This document shows, one piece after another, positions 12,982 to 26,715 of a stretch of 64,000 nucleotides of DNA. The notes under the pieces are model-generated. The model ran no database searches, was not told the origin of the DNA, and saw only the letters and a list, made by a program, of their open reading frames with translations. A program made the translations under genes and the position numbers. Positions within the stretch are counted from its first letter, which is position 1, and the number at the start of each line of letters is the position of its first letter. The DNA is taken from contig NC_045707.1 in assembly GCF_009834535.1 (NCBI RefSeq), positions 51,586,001-51,650,000 on the forward strand. The letters run 5' to 3'. The DNA comes from Camelus ferus. Taxonomy: Eukaryota.

Positions 12982-15900
12982 TTTAAACCTTGTTCAAACA
13001 TAGTCACCAAACACCCTTTTTAAAGTATTGCAGAAGTTGGTATAATATTAAGACCACTAGTTCATTGTGACAAAATGTTTTGTGTGCATCTCCATGAAAA
13101 TATGTTTAGGCAGATCAAAATTTACAAAAAATTCCTCCTCAAAGGAAAGAGGGAACTCACACAAAGAGTTAAAAACAATGTGGTTAAAAAAAAAAACTCA
13201 AAAAAACAAACAAATGAACAACAAGGTGTAATATCTAAATGTGGTGTAGAATTGTTTTGAGTAGAAAATAAATGGGCATTCAAAAATATCTTAATTAGTT
13301 CCCAGGTTTCTAGTTGTACTGAAATGTCTTCATCTTTGTGTGTTTATATGTAGCATCTCACAGATGGGAAAAAGAAAAGTGCTGACAAATTACAGCAGCC
13401 TGGTTTAAAACCTTGAATGGTTCTGCTGTGTCTAGTTATGTGAATTTAGTAAGTGATTTCAGCATTCTAACCTTTCACATATCCATTCTTGAAAGAGGCA
13501 TGAAATTGTCTGTGTATTCAGTCTGTAGGTCCCTTTCTAATCTAACTCAGGGTTCATTAACCGCAGACTAACAGATTTTGGGGGAGTTCAGTAAGAACAC
13601 AGGTTACCTCACTAAATTGTCACTCATCCATGGTCTTTATCTTCTGAGCCAAATTAGTGCCTATCTTCCATTAACACTGCTGCTAACCTGGAAGGCTTTG
13701 CATTCCTACATCGTAAGTCATCCTCACACTTAAACCTCCCCCCAAAATTGAATGTCTTCCTTAGCCTCACAGGTATAAGCTAAGTCCCTTAATGTTTTAT
13801 GGTATATATTGTTGTGTTTTTCTAATTGGAATCTCCTTATTCAGATATTTAATTCATATTTTGACATTTTATACTTAAATAACTTACTCATTTTGCAGTA
13901 TATGTTGTGCTTGATATCTGGTTTAGGTAAAATGAGATTTCTTTTCCAAAAACCCAATCAAATATTCTAATATATTATTAAATGTTTACTCTAGTCACAA
14001 ATTTTAATACTTTATTGTATATTAGAGTATAAACTATACCTATTTCTATTCTTGGTTGGCAACTTCTTCATTGATCTCTATGAATTTTTCCATCAATAAA
14101 ACACTGGTTTAATTAGTAGTTTTAGTACCTGAAAGAATCATTGTATCTCTCATTATTCTAAATTTACAATTTCACATATATATTGCAGCCTACTAATTAC
14201 CTAAGAAAATTTTTGAGTTTTTTTTTTATAAATTGCAAAAAAATTATATGGGAAATTACATTGGAATTAGTTTAAATTTAGAAATTATTTTACCTTATTA
14301 CTCAGGGCTTCCTTGGTCTAGATACATACCATTAGAATTTTTGTTAATTCAATCCAATAGCACATCCTTGGTAGGTAAGTGAAGCAATCCATAATTGGTA
14401 AATAACTGAGAATGCTAACTATATGGCATTAGAGCCATGGGGTTGGGCAGGCTGAGCAGACAAAATGAGGAACGTTGGACCTCAGACTAGAGATGACGGT
14501 TACTGACAGTTTCACAGCAAATGGCAGAATGAAAATATATTAACAAGTGTAGACAAGGATATAGGACCAGAACCAACCTCATCTTGCTTTCCACACCAAT
14601 TATTATGTCATTTAACTCTAAGACTTCTAGAAGTTGAGACTTAGGATTTTGAGGATAAGAGGAAAGCATAGGAAAAGTCTGAATTGACTAAGTTTATTCG
14701 GAATTGAAGAGGTTACATTTTTCCAATTCATAGAATGGGGGCTTGGGATAGAAATGATCACATTTAATTTTGGCATGCTATCAATTTCTGGATGGGGGCT
14801 CAAAAACTTAAGGTTTCTTTTGGTAAACAAAACAAAACCAAATTTTGCATTAACATTCAGTCTAATTCTCAATAGCATTTCATTTTACTAATTTGGAACC
14901 CATCTTAGAATCAATTAATATTAAAATATTTTTCTTTTACAGACACATCATTATTCCTGGCAAATCACACATTCGACCTTCAACATAAAGTTCCAGAAAG
15001 ACTTATCCCACTCATTTATCAATGAAATTTTCATGTTGGAACTAATTATTTTTAATTGTATATATAGAAGGTGACTTTTCCACATAGACAATAATTTTTG
15101 AGACTCTGGACCTCAGAGCACTAATTTTAATTAGTTTATACATTTGTTCAACTCACAGTTTCAAGGTCCCTGCCCTATTTCAAAAATTACATATCCTTAT
15201 CTGTAAAAACAGAAAGATTAGCTCACCCATATTAAACAGAGTTACTCATGGTTTAATGTGATAACATAAGATGTGTGTAAGCATAGAATTTTAATTTTTA
15301 TTGTGTTTAGCCTTCTTTCTATTAACTATTCCTTTAGGGAGAAGAGGATTCTAGATAGCCAATACTTTTTTTTTTTTTCCTTTTTAAATTTTAACTTTAT
15401 GCACTCTCCCTCCCATATAATCCACATCTAAAATACTGGAATTTACCCTTTTCCCCCCTGGATCAGGATTCTTTATCATTTTAAATCTGAAATGTGAATT
15501 TGTCTCTTGTTAATTGATCCTTTAAGTAGTCATCTTGTTGATCACCAAGTCAACTGAGAATTTTCAGTTGTATTACAGCTCATTACCTCTCCCATGCCAG
15601 TTTCTGTTTTCTATTACAAATGCAGAAAAGTTGTTTCCTACTCGCAGGCTTTTTTGATTTGCTTCTGCATGTTACCTAGATGATCCCTGAATGCTGGAAG
15701 CAACCTCAAGAAGTTTTTCATTTCTTGTAATTCTGTGTAACAAAACTGAGGGGAAAGGGTACAAATTCTAAGCTATTATTATCCACCATTGTACTGTCTC
15801 TTGCATCAAAGGAGATGTGAGTCCAAAAGAATGGAGGGATATCAAAATACCAAAGATCTTTCATTGCCCAGACATTCCTGTAAACCTCTCTATGGTCTCA

Positions 15901-16301
15901 TTAGCCCCCTTGAGGACAACCTCTTTCTTTTCCAAGATAAGAAGAAAAGGGACTGAAAAAGGAAGTGAGAGGAAGAAGTTCTTGGATTCTCTTCAATTTT
16001 TTTCCTCTTCATTTTGAATGCACTGCCATGTAGCTTTCACAAATCTCAGGAATATAAGCTGAGCAACTCAAGTCCAAAAAATCTAATGAGGTCCCCAGTC
16101 TTTGAACTCCTTATTCCATATCTTCATCAGATTATTTAGGTATGTATCAAAGTCAGGAGTAGATTCTTTTTCTAGGTCAGATCTAATTTCAGAGGCAGAT
16201 ATTTTAGGATAAAATATACCTAGAGATAAGGTGAAATATTTTTTCTACCCCTCTTTATTTTCTTCCAAAAACACTATACCATGATTTTCATATAATACCA
16301 T

Positions 16302-17055
16302 ATGGAAACCAGAAATAAAACAAGAAGAAAACCTACGGAATGGGAGAAAATTTTTGCAAGTGAAACCGACAAAGGCTTGATCTCCAGAATATATAAGCAG
16401 CTCATACGACTCAATAAGAAAAAAATAAACAACCCAATCCAAAAATGGGCAGAAGACCTAAACAAGCAATTCTCCAAGGAAGACATACAAATGATCAAAA
16501 AGCACATGAAAAAATGCTCAATATCACTAATTATCAGAGAAATGCAAATCAAAACTGCAATGAGGTATCACCTCACACCAGTCAGAATGGCCGTCATTCA
16601 AAAATCCACAAATGACAAATGCTGGAGAGGCTGTGGAGAAAGGGGAACCCTCCTACACTGCTGGTGGGAATGCAGTTTGGTGCAGCCACTATGGAAAACA
16701 GTGTGGAGATTCCTCAAAAGACTAGGAATAGACTTACCATATGACCCAGGAACCCCACTCCTGGGGCTTGTATCCAGAAGGAAATCTACTTCAGGATGAC
16801 ACCTGCACCCCAATGTTCATAGCAGCACTATTTACAATAGCCAAAACATGGAAACAGCCTAAATGTCCATCAACAGGTGACTGGATAAAGAAGAAGTGGT
16901 ATATTTATACAATGGAATACTACTCAGCCATAAAAACCGACAACATAATGCCATTTGCAGCAACATGGATGCTCCTGGAGAATGTCATTCGAAGTGAAAG
17001 TAAGCCGGAAAGAGAAAGAAAAATACCATATGAGATCGCTCATATGTGGAATCTA
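16302..17055 (+). pseudogene. L1 ORF2p C-terminal fragment with the CCHC zinc knuckle, frameshifted
   Basis: ORF 16302-16799 '[30 protein letters not shown]' continues in another frame (16741-17100) as '[24 protein letters not shown]...MEYYSAIK'. Frameshifts lie near 16765 and 16998. Confidence 0.95.
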
Positions 17056-17375
17056 AAAAACAAAAACAAAAACAAACGAACAAACAAAAACAAAGCGTAA
17101 ATAAAGGACAGAAATAGACTCACAGACAGAGAATACAGACTTGTGGTTACCAGGGGGGTGGAGGGTGGGAAGGGATAGACTGGGATTTCAAAATTGTAGA
17201 ATAGACTACACTGTATAGCACAGGGAAATATACACAAAATGTTATGATAACTCACAGAGAAAAAAATGTGACAATGAGTGTGTATATGTCCATGAATAAC
17301 TGAAAAATTGTGCTGAACACTGGAATTTGACACAACATTGTAAAATGATTATAAATCAATAAAAAATGTTAGAAA
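16307..17375 (+). mobile_element. Young 5'-truncated camelid-type LINE-1 (ORF2 C-terminus plus 3' UTR)
   Basis: Perfect 13-bp TSD AATACCATATGGA (16294-16306 and 17376-17388). AATAAA at 17358-17363 and a G-rich 3' UTR tract at about 17152-17175. Confidence 0.97.
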
Positions 17376-18929
17376 AATACCATATGGATGTTCGTGCAGT
17401 GGACTCTTTCAAAAAAGTCCATCTTGCTAACTGGGTCCTCCACATATTATGGGGTAGTAGAGAGGGGGTTTGCCTACAAGTGGATTACTTTCTCAAAGGG
17501 AAGAAATGTTTTAGATGTGTTATAACCTGTCCCAGGGAGCATCCAATTATAGCTCCATTACCTAATTAAGACAGCTTTAATGTTCAGGTGCTTCCCTATG
17601 CTTCAGTTTGAGCAGTAAAAGCAAGCTGATGGGGTTTTTGAACCAAGGTTTCATAGCAGAACTTTGCAAGCACTGCATGCTTCATTTACAGTAATTACAT
17701 GAAATTTATCTTTGTAAGAAAAGTATACACATATCTTGGCATAGCTTTCTTGAGGAAAACAGATAATAGTCACAATTTGTTATACCCATTTTTCATCCTC
17801 CTAAGCAAGATAAAACAAAACAAAACACACGAATGAGTGATAAAGAATTATAGGCCTCTAAAACATATTTTACCAAGGTCTCTTGGAACTCAGATTTTGA
17901 AGGAAGTTCTACTGATGCCAAAGAGTGATAAGGGAGAGACCCAGAGAGGTAAGTTGCTTCATGTATGTTTTTCAGAAAATGAAAATTAAGTAATCCTCAG
18001 GTTTTCAAATAAAGTAGAAAACTGTCCCATCCCCTCTCCACTTGAGGCATGTTGCCCCTAAGTCCCAAGCGCTGGGCAGCTGGGAGTCTGCTGCTCTGTT
18101 CCTTTCTTTCGAGGGAGAGGGGGCAGACAGAGCGCTCTTTTCTCCCCTTTCCTGCCCCACTTTACCTTCTCCCAACCGCCTTTCTCTTTACCCTTGCTTC
18201 TTTCTTGAGGCTTTTTTTTTTTTTTAATTTTAAATCATTTTTAAAAATGCATCTTTAAAAAAAATTTGATTGGAAGAGACCATAATAAATGAAATAATGA
18301 TGTTTCTTTTATCATTAGCCAAAGAAGCTGGGGAAGAGTGCTGGGAAAGTGAAGATGGTAGAACTATTCAGATTTTAAATGACTTATGTATCACAACAAA
18401 CGTGATTTTTTTTCTGCCCGTCTCATTCATACCTGCAGTTGTTTTCACATGCTCACTCATTAGTATGGTGATCCTCCTTAAAGAGAACTGTTTATTGTCT
18501 TGTTCATATTCTTCTGCATCTTCAGGAAGCAAAGTTCTTACATGTCCCAAGACATATACATATGTGATTATTTTGTCTGCTGACCTCATGTTCAGATTTC
18601 TGTAGATACTGTATTTTGCTCCATGCTTTAAATAGTTGCTCATCTTAACCTTCCGTCAAATAGTTAAAACTGTACAACTATTAGAATAGATGTGAATTGT
18701 ATGTACAGATTGATTAGAATTTGGTGACACGTTGTAAAATTCAGAAGTACACAGTGCCCTGGCAAAAAAGCAGGTTACAGCAATCACTGTAGCTTTAGGC
18801 CATGAATTGCTTTCTTTGTTTCCATCTATTGTCTCTGAATTTTTCTGCTTACACAGAAAATACACTACACAGATTTTTAAAACTGACTCCTCTGTTGTAA
18901 TTTATTTCCATAATTTAAGGCAGCACTGG

Positions 18930-19130
18930 TGATTCTGTACAAAGAGTGCGGAGAGGTGAGTTCTAGTCCAAAATTATAATTCCTCGGATATATTGTAGGT
19001 CTTTTCATTTGTAAAATGAGGCACGCCAATCCCCCATTTATTTCACAAAGTTGTTGAATGACTCAAATGAGATGACAAATGTGAATGTGCCTTAACAGTA
19101 GTGAGTACTAAGTGTAAGGTGTTGTTATTA
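18930..19130 (+). mobile_element. MIR SINE fragment
   Basis: 'ttcatttgtaaaatgagg...ttcacaaagttgttgaatgactcaaatgagatga...gtgaatgtgcct'. Confidence 0.7.
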
Positions 19131-20349
19131 TTTCCTTTTCCTTCCTACAGATGTCTCAGATTGCTTTTTCCAAAGAGAATTAAATAAGTTTATTATACTA
19201 TGTGATAGGCTATTCTGAGTTTTTGGTTATATTTTATTTGCAGTTTTCAAAGTTTCTGACAGAATTTTCCGTAGAAACTAATGATGGCACTTTTTAACAG
19301 TTTCTGAATTCCCTGGAGTATGATTGCTGTAATATTTTCTAAGAACTACTAAAACTTGGCATGACTTTCTCTTCTCAATGTTAAAGTAACTGGATTGTGT
19401 AGTAGTAAGCTTTGCCAGTATTTGCTCCCTTACAGCTCAATGATTTTCTGAAATGCATATCTTCAATTGATTAGGATATAATTTCTTGATTTATTTCTAA
19501 ACAACAAATACAAAAAGTAGAAAGGTCTGTTATTTTTCTCTCCTTAGGAACATTTCTAAGCCTAATGAAATTTTTTAAAGGTCAGTTAAAGGTTTACTGA
19601 TTTCTTTGCTCTTTTCCCTTAATCTTCTTAATGCTGTGTATGCCAGCTAAAATTGGTGCTTTATCAATTTCAAGTGCCTTAACTTGGTTAACTTGTCTGT
19701 CGTGCCTGAAAAACAAATCAAATGTTTGAATCAGTGTAATATCCTATTAGTATATATAAAGCAATTTAAGATATTATTTACTTTGACATTCTGAAAAAAG
19801 ATAAATTTGATTTTACTAGTGCATCAGCACATGCACAAATTATAGATAAGAGATTATAAATCTCAAAATTATGCATGTTACTTTCTTGAGAAACAATATC
19901 AAAGTATTCTAAAAAACATTTGTCATCAAATTCTAGATATTTGGGCAAATAAATTATCTTCTCATCAAATAGTTAGGATTGTTTTCCTGGTACTCATGCA
20001 ACTGTCTGATAATAATTTGCATATTTTTGAATCTTCATAAAGTTTCTTAGGCCACGATAATTTATTAAATTGATGCCACAAAATAATAATTCAAATTTGT
20101 GATTACAAGTAACATTTAATATTTTAAACATCAGAAAATATCCCTCCCCTCTTTTCTAAAAGGTGAAAGATGTCTTGATTGAACCTCAAGTGTTACGTAT
20201 GTGTGCCAAATATGGCTTCCAAGAGAGCTGCCATTTGGACAAAATGAATTTCTATTGTACATCTTCATTGAAAAAAATTGTCTTGGTTTTTTGTTTAGTG
20301 GTTTATTGTTTACTTGTTATTATAAATTTACTATATTTAAAAGTGAAAC

Positions 20350-20590
20350 GATTTATCTAATATGTATTAAATACCTACCTTGTGTCAGGTACCTTTCACA
20401 CATTGTTATAAGCTTTTCTCCAAAATAACTCCCCAATCAAGATGTTCCTTCCTATTTTATTTTTTAATAGAGAGCAAATTAGGACCTTTGGATGTTATTA
20501 AGTAAATTTCTTGGGAGAGAAATAAATACATAGTAGACCTCAGAACCGGGGTTCAGGGGTTCAGGCCAGGACTTTCTGACTTCTGTGAGC
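20350..20590 (-). mobile_element. MIR SINE fragment
   Basis: 'aatacctaccttgtgtcaggtacc' and MIR core-like antisense sequence. Confidence 0.55.
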
Positions 20591-20704
20591 ACAACACAAG
20601 TTGAAAGGAAGAACGTTCCTTAGATCTTCATTTATGGTGCATGAGAAAGTTATCCTGCAAAACATACGGCATTCTCAAACTAGAAATGTAGATGGATCTC
20701 TTAC

Positions 20705-21180
20705 ATTTCTCTATTTAGGAATACATTTGGTTGCAAATAAAAGAAAATTAAACCCACATATGTGTCACCAAACAACGTAAACGAAGGCTATTTGTAATTT
20801 ATAGAAAAAAGTTCAAGAATATGACTGGCATAGATGTTCAGTAATACTACTGGGGACCAGGGCTCTTGCTATACTTTTTGCTTAAATTTTTTTTTTAAAT
20901 TGTGTTTTTTTATTGTGCTCATTCTTGTAACCTTGGAGTCACAATATAGCTACTGTACCTTCAGGCATCATACTTTGAGCCTATTACAGGCCAGTGGCAG
21001 GAGAAAAAGAAAAGACCATTACTCGTTGACTTCTGCTTATATCTTTCTAGCTTGAAAGGGGCCACATAACTATCTCTGGCTGGGAAGCTATGAAGTTAAG
21101 ATTTAACATTTGTATCAGAGAAAGGATAAGGACGTTGGAAATGGAATTTTGAATAGCTAACCTAAAACATCTGCTGTACA
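20705..21180 (-). mobile_element. Old MaLR (MLT1J/K-like) LTR
   Basis: 'atttggttgcaaataaaagaaa', 'ggggaccagggctc' and 'gctgtacaca' at the end. Confidence 0.55.
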
Positions 21181-21329
21181 CACATGTTATCCTATATACC
21201 TTACGTTTTTAGAACTAGTCCAAATCTATGTTTTCATTCATTAATTTATTTTGTCAGACATTCAAAAACTATTTATTCAGTTCTATTGTTGGGTACTGAG
21301 AATATATCTGTGAACAAAAAAGGCAATAC

Positions 21330-22495
21330 CTATCTTTAAAAAAGTGTACAAAAATCAATTCCAAATGCATTCCAGGTCTAAATGTTAAAGGCAAATGAAT
21401 AAAGCCTTTTCAAGAAAAGATAGAAGAACATCTTTGTGACCTTGGAGTAGACAAAGGTTTCTTAAAGAAGACATACACACACACAAACACTAACTATATA
21501 CAGAGTGACACATTGAACTATGTTAAGACTGAGAACAGCTGACATCAAAAAACACCATTAACAGAGTGCAAAGGGATCTCACAAGGCTGAAGAATATAGT
21601 CACAAAGTATAAAGCTAACAAGAATTTCTACAGTCAATAAAAAAATGACATATAGCCCAATTTAAAATAGGTAAAACATGCAAATAAAGATTTATTTAAA
21701 AGAAAATACATATATCTATAAACATTAAAAGATCTTTAATCATGTTAATCATCAGGAAATTCAAATTAAGGCAACAATGAGATTCTACTATATACTTGCC
21801 AAGATAGGCACAATGAAAAAAGGCTGAAAATCTCCATTGTTTGCAAGTATTTGGAGCAACTGAAACTCTGTAGAGTACAAATTGGTACAATCACTTTTAA
21901 AACCTGTTTATCATTATTACCTACAGCTTAACATGTGTGCTTTTCGCTCTAGCATTTTCAACTCTAGGTGTATGCTCAAAAAAGATCCATATATTTCTTC
22001 ACCAAAAGATATGTAAGAAAGTTCATAGCAACAACATTGATGATAGCCAAAAGCTGGAAATAACCTAAATATATATCATTGCTAGAATGGATAAATAAAT
22101 CATGGTGTATTTGTATAGTGGGATACCCTACAATGAGGAGAATAAACAACTTACAATTGCATGCAGCAGTATGGATGGATCTCATAAACATAATGCTGAA
22201 AAAAATGGAGCAGCAGTGAACCTAGTCTATGTTCCATTTATATAAAATGCCAAAAAAGGCAAAGGTGACCTATTCTGTTAAGTTCAGAAGAGTAGTTAAA
22301 CCTTGTGGGAAGGAAAAGTGAGGACAGGAATAGAGAATGAACAGAATTTCCTGAGTATTAGTAATAAACTCTTCCTTAATATTGGAGTTTTTTATACAGG
22401 TGTTTTGTTTGTGAGAATGCATCAAGCTCGACACTGTGACATATATAATTTTCCTTTTAAACAGTATCCTTCGATGAAAAGTTAAAAGAAAAAAC
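21330..22495 (+). mobile_element. Old L1 (L1ME-like) ORF2 end and 3' UTR
   Basis: 'aatggataaataaatcatggtgtatt' and 'atggatggatctcataaacataatgctga', ending in an A-rich tract. Confidence 0.85.
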
Positions 22496-22599
22496 AAAAA
22501 AGAAAACAGATCTGATACTGACCTCATAGAGGTTATTGAATAATGGAAGAGAGACATATTACGTGACAGTTATGAGCATCACTATGTTAACATGAGTTT

Positions 22600-23480
22600 T
22601 GCTACCTAGCTTGTAGGATAATCACAAGTCTTTCAAAGAAAGTTAAGCGAGGTACTCTTATTCAGATGGGAGGGTCTGGGAAACCCCTTGGAGGAAGTGA
22701 GACCAAAGATATTATCTGAAGCATGAAGGAGTTTTCAGATGAAGATTGAAGACAAGAGAACTCTAAGGAACAACATGTGTGAAGACCCTCAGAAGAAAAA
22801 GAGCTTGGTTTGTTAGAACAACTGAAAGAAGACCAGTGTAGCTCGTAGAGACAAAAGACAGGGTGCTGTGATTAAGATTCCTTTCAAGCCTTCAGAACTG
22901 GCATATTTCCCAAATTCATACCAGAGACCTAGTGTGTCCTCAGAATTTATCAATTATTCATTAAGTTAATAAATATTTGGTAATGTCTCCATACTATATT
23001 CTTAAATAATCTGGACAAGTGGAGGAGACAAATGTAAATAGGACAGTAGCAACTCAGAAGATGAGTGTGACGGTAATGGTGTGCATGAGTTGTTATGGGA
23101 AGACAACGAAGAAGCCTGTTATTAAGCCATGAGGGAATCAGAGACTGTTTCTCAGAAGAGGTGATAGCTAAGGTGAATGTGAAAGACTGTGAAGAAACAA
23201 GCAAGGCAGAGAAACTGGGATATGAGCAGGACATTCCACTGAGGAAGGAAGATGGACAAACCCCAGAAGCAAAACCAGCAGTTGAGTGTGGATGGCAAAT
23301 AAAGTAACGGTGCAGAGAGGACACAGACTAGAAGCGGACTGGTTGGAGAAAAAGTAAGCAAGGACCAGGTCATATCAGGCCTGGCTGCCCATCTATAAAT
23401 AATTGGAGTACTATTCTAAATAGATGGGAAGACTTGGAGTGGTTTTAAGTAAAGACTTGAAATGATCAGACTTTAGGGAT
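22600..23480 (-). mobile_element. L2 LINE fragments
   Basis: Purine-rich antisense L2 motifs 'ttctcagaagaggtgata' and 'gatgggaagacttggagtggttttaag'. Confidence 0.65.
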
Positions 23481-23614
23481 CATATTGTTCACTGAGGCAT
23501 CATATTGCTCACTGCTATGCACCAGATCCTAGGGCATTGCCTGGCAGATAATAGAAGCCAACAAATATTGGTTGCTAAATGAATTAAAAAAAAAACACAC
23601 AGATTTCATTGACT

Positions 23615-24340
23615 GCTATATGAATTCCGTCAGAAAATCCTGTTGGGTCTGCTTTGAAAGTACGTCCAGAAGCTGACCACTTCTCATCCCACTGCTTTCA
23701 TCTTATTGTCTCTCACTTAGATTTTTGTAATAGTTTCTTAACTAACTTCCCTGTATTCGCACTTACTCCTCTGCAATTCATTATCAATACAGCAGTAATA
23801 CAACTTCTTTAAAATGTAAGTGAGATAATGTCACCTATGTTCAAAATGCTTTAATGTCCTTTCCTCTCATATAGAGTAAAATTCAGGAACCTTTAAGCAC
23901 TTGCACAATCTGCTTTTTCCTTTCCTGAGCTCTGCGATCTCTTTCCCTCTGCCCTTCCTTCACTCCGTCTCTGCCGTCTTGACTCTTGGTCTTTCTCAGC
24001 CACACCTACAGTCACAAACTATTGTTGACACTTGACTCAAGGCCTTTGCTCCATGTCAAATCTTTTGATTTTTGATGCCTACCTTGACCACACTTTAAAA
24101 AATAGCCCTTCTCACTTGTTCCCAGCACTCCTAGTCTCCTTACATGACTTAATTATTTCTTTTTCCATAGCATTCATCACTATCTAACGTGTAAATTACC
24201 TAAATCATAATGTTTATTGTTTCTTTCCTTCCAGAGGAATGCAAGAACTATGATGGCAGGATTTTTTTTCTTTCTTTTATTAAACTTTAATGCCAATAAA
24301 TTCCTGTCTCATAGTAGGTGCTCAAAAATACTTGTCAACT
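23615..24340 (+). mobile_element. L2 LINE 3' region
   Basis: 'tctcacttagatttttgtaatagtttcttaact', ending 'atagtaggtgctcaaaaatacttg'. Confidence 0.8.
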
Positions 24341-24907
24341 TGCTCAAAAGAGAGAGAGCAGGAAATGCAGTTAGAAAGCTACTATCCAAAAGAGAGTGCA
24401 GTGGGGAGAGGAGTAGATTCAAGTGCTAGATTTGGAAAGGAAACCACTGGCATTCTTTTAATTCTAGGTAAAGTGCTGTGCACCCTAGTTTCTCACATTC
24501 CAGTTGATTGTGCTCACACCCTCCCCTAAGTCCTTTATATATATAGATTTCTGATACTGCTCTGATCACAGTGATGGACTTGATGTGGAAGACAGAGAAA
24601 GAAAACTGTGGTAGAGATGACTCTCAGTTTTTTTAGAATGAACCTGGATGTGCTGTATCAGAGATTAGGAATACTAGAAGAGGAACATGTTTGGAGGCAA
24701 GATCAAAAGTTTAAATTTGGTCATGGTAAATGATTCCTCCAGGAGGCAAAACCATTTTGACTGAATAGACTCATCAGTTAAATGCTGAGTAGAGACTATC
24801 TGAATTCAATTATTTGCCCATAATTCTGAAATAACTGCTTGCTAAATGATGACTATTTATTGACTAAAATGAACTGTAGATAGCACATAGGAAGACATTC
24901 AACTCCA

Positions 24908-25319
24908 TGTACAGCCAAGATTCAATGAGAGAAACATAACCAGTAGGAAATATATATTAAGAGATTTACTGCAAGGAATTGCCGTACATGGTTTGGAGAG
25001 GTAACTCTGTGATTCTGAATTCTCTAAGGCAGGCCTTCAGGAAGGGTAGGCTGGAAATCTGGGGCATGAGTCAAAGCTCCTAAGCTCAAGCAGAAGTTCC
25101 TCCTCTTTGGGGAAGCCTCAGTTCCGCTCTTAGGGTCTTTTAACTGATTGAATCGGGCCTACCCAGGTTAACTAAAATAATCTCTTTACTTAAAATCAGC
25201 TGTTTCTGCACTTCAGACATACATGCAAAATGCCTTCACAGTTATACCTAGATTAGTATTTGACTGAATAACTGGGGGCTGTAGCTTAGTCAAGCTGATA
25301 CATAAAATTGGGTATCACA
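24908..25319 (-). mobile_element. MLT2 (ERVL) solo LTR
   Basis: TG...CA ends. 'accagtagga...gagatttactgcaaggaattg' and 'gcttagtcaagctgatacataaaatt...atcaca'. Confidence 0.8.
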
Positions 25320-26481
25320 TCCAGCTCTCCCCAGTCTGCAACTTTTATGAATTCTTTAATTTTAATAAGTTTTAGTTTTCTTTTATGCACATCAGGAAGA
25401 GGTTTTAACATAATCACATTCATTTATGTTCCATTTGCATTAGATATTCTCTCACTAGATATTTATTTTAATATGTGTGTCCTTGAATTTACCTGCTTTC
25501 TAACTTTTCCCTTACTTATTTAATGGATTCCTTTCTTATGATTCTGCCCACAAGAGTGACTTCATTTTCTGAATGCTGTAGTGTAATTTGAAAAAAACAA
25601 GTCTGTATACCTCTTTGATATGCTAATATTAGTTTCTCTGAGTACTAGAAATTTCGATGCCCTGGGAAAATAACTATTCGAAAAAAATACATATTTATGT
25701 ATTTTGAATGTACAAAGCAGTTTTATTTCTCACTTTTACATTTAGTACATGAATTTTTCAATATTATCACAAAGCAAACAATTATCTTTCCCTCACCTTC
25801 CAGTCTACTTTGTTGAGAAAGCACTCACATTTCATTCTGCTAACGTATTATCTGTTTAATGAACAGCAATAGATATCTTTCACATCATTCTTTTATAATG
25901 TTAAATTTTAAATGCTCTTTTTAATTTTCATCTCTCATCTTCTGTGAAAGTATAACTTCGTGGTACAATTTTAATGCTAATCTGAATGGGGAAAAGAATA
26001 AAACACTTAAAGAATTCAGAGAAGAGAGTAAATGACTCTTACTAGGGTATTTAGGAAATCTTTTATTAACTAGGAGATAACTTTGACTGTGGTCTTAGAG
26101 TGTTTGATGGGTGAAGAATGGAGTATTCCTGGTTATGGGCAAGAAATATATCATAGACAAAACCACACAGGAATAAAAAGTATTGGAATATTCAGGTAAA
26201 GGGAGAAGTTCAGTGTGAATGGAGGATTGAGTGCATGAAATGGAATAAAGAGAAATCAAGTTGCAGAAGAAGTTGGTTGAGTTTAGAGTTACATATGTCA
26301 AACTAAACAGTGAATGAGCAATGGAAACTCTCAAGCCTGTAGGCTTTTATGCTTCACTGATATTTATTTATGTGTGCCTATCACAGTACTTGTTACATGG
26401 CCGGTATTCAATAAATACCTTTGATGATGGAACACATCCTGTGTTGTTCAGGAAGAGCAGATCTGGTTTTGATTTACACTG

Positions 26482-26715
26482 ATAATAGGTAACTTACTGC
26501 ATAGTTACTGTGTTAGTTTTTTCCTGAAGATCTTAGGAGTATTAACCCAATCCTCACAAGAATTCTTTTTATATTATCATCATTTATAGGTGAGGGCAAT
26601 AGGTGCAGAAGGGTTAAGTACCTTGGATAAGATCTCACAGCAGTGTGCTCCTAAGTCAGGATTTGAGCTCAGACTGTGTGAGTCTTGAGTCAGAGCTCTT
26701 ACCTGCTATACTGTA
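26482..26715 (-). mobile_element. MIR SINE
   Basis: 'aatcctcacaa...ggttaagtaccttg...aggatttgagctcagactgtgtga'. Confidence 0.85.

Noticed and set aside
16302..17100. Longest ORFs (165 aa and 119 aa) as a host gene
   Set aside because: They are frameshifted LINE-1 ORF2 C-terminal sequence inside a TSD-bounded, 5'-truncated element.
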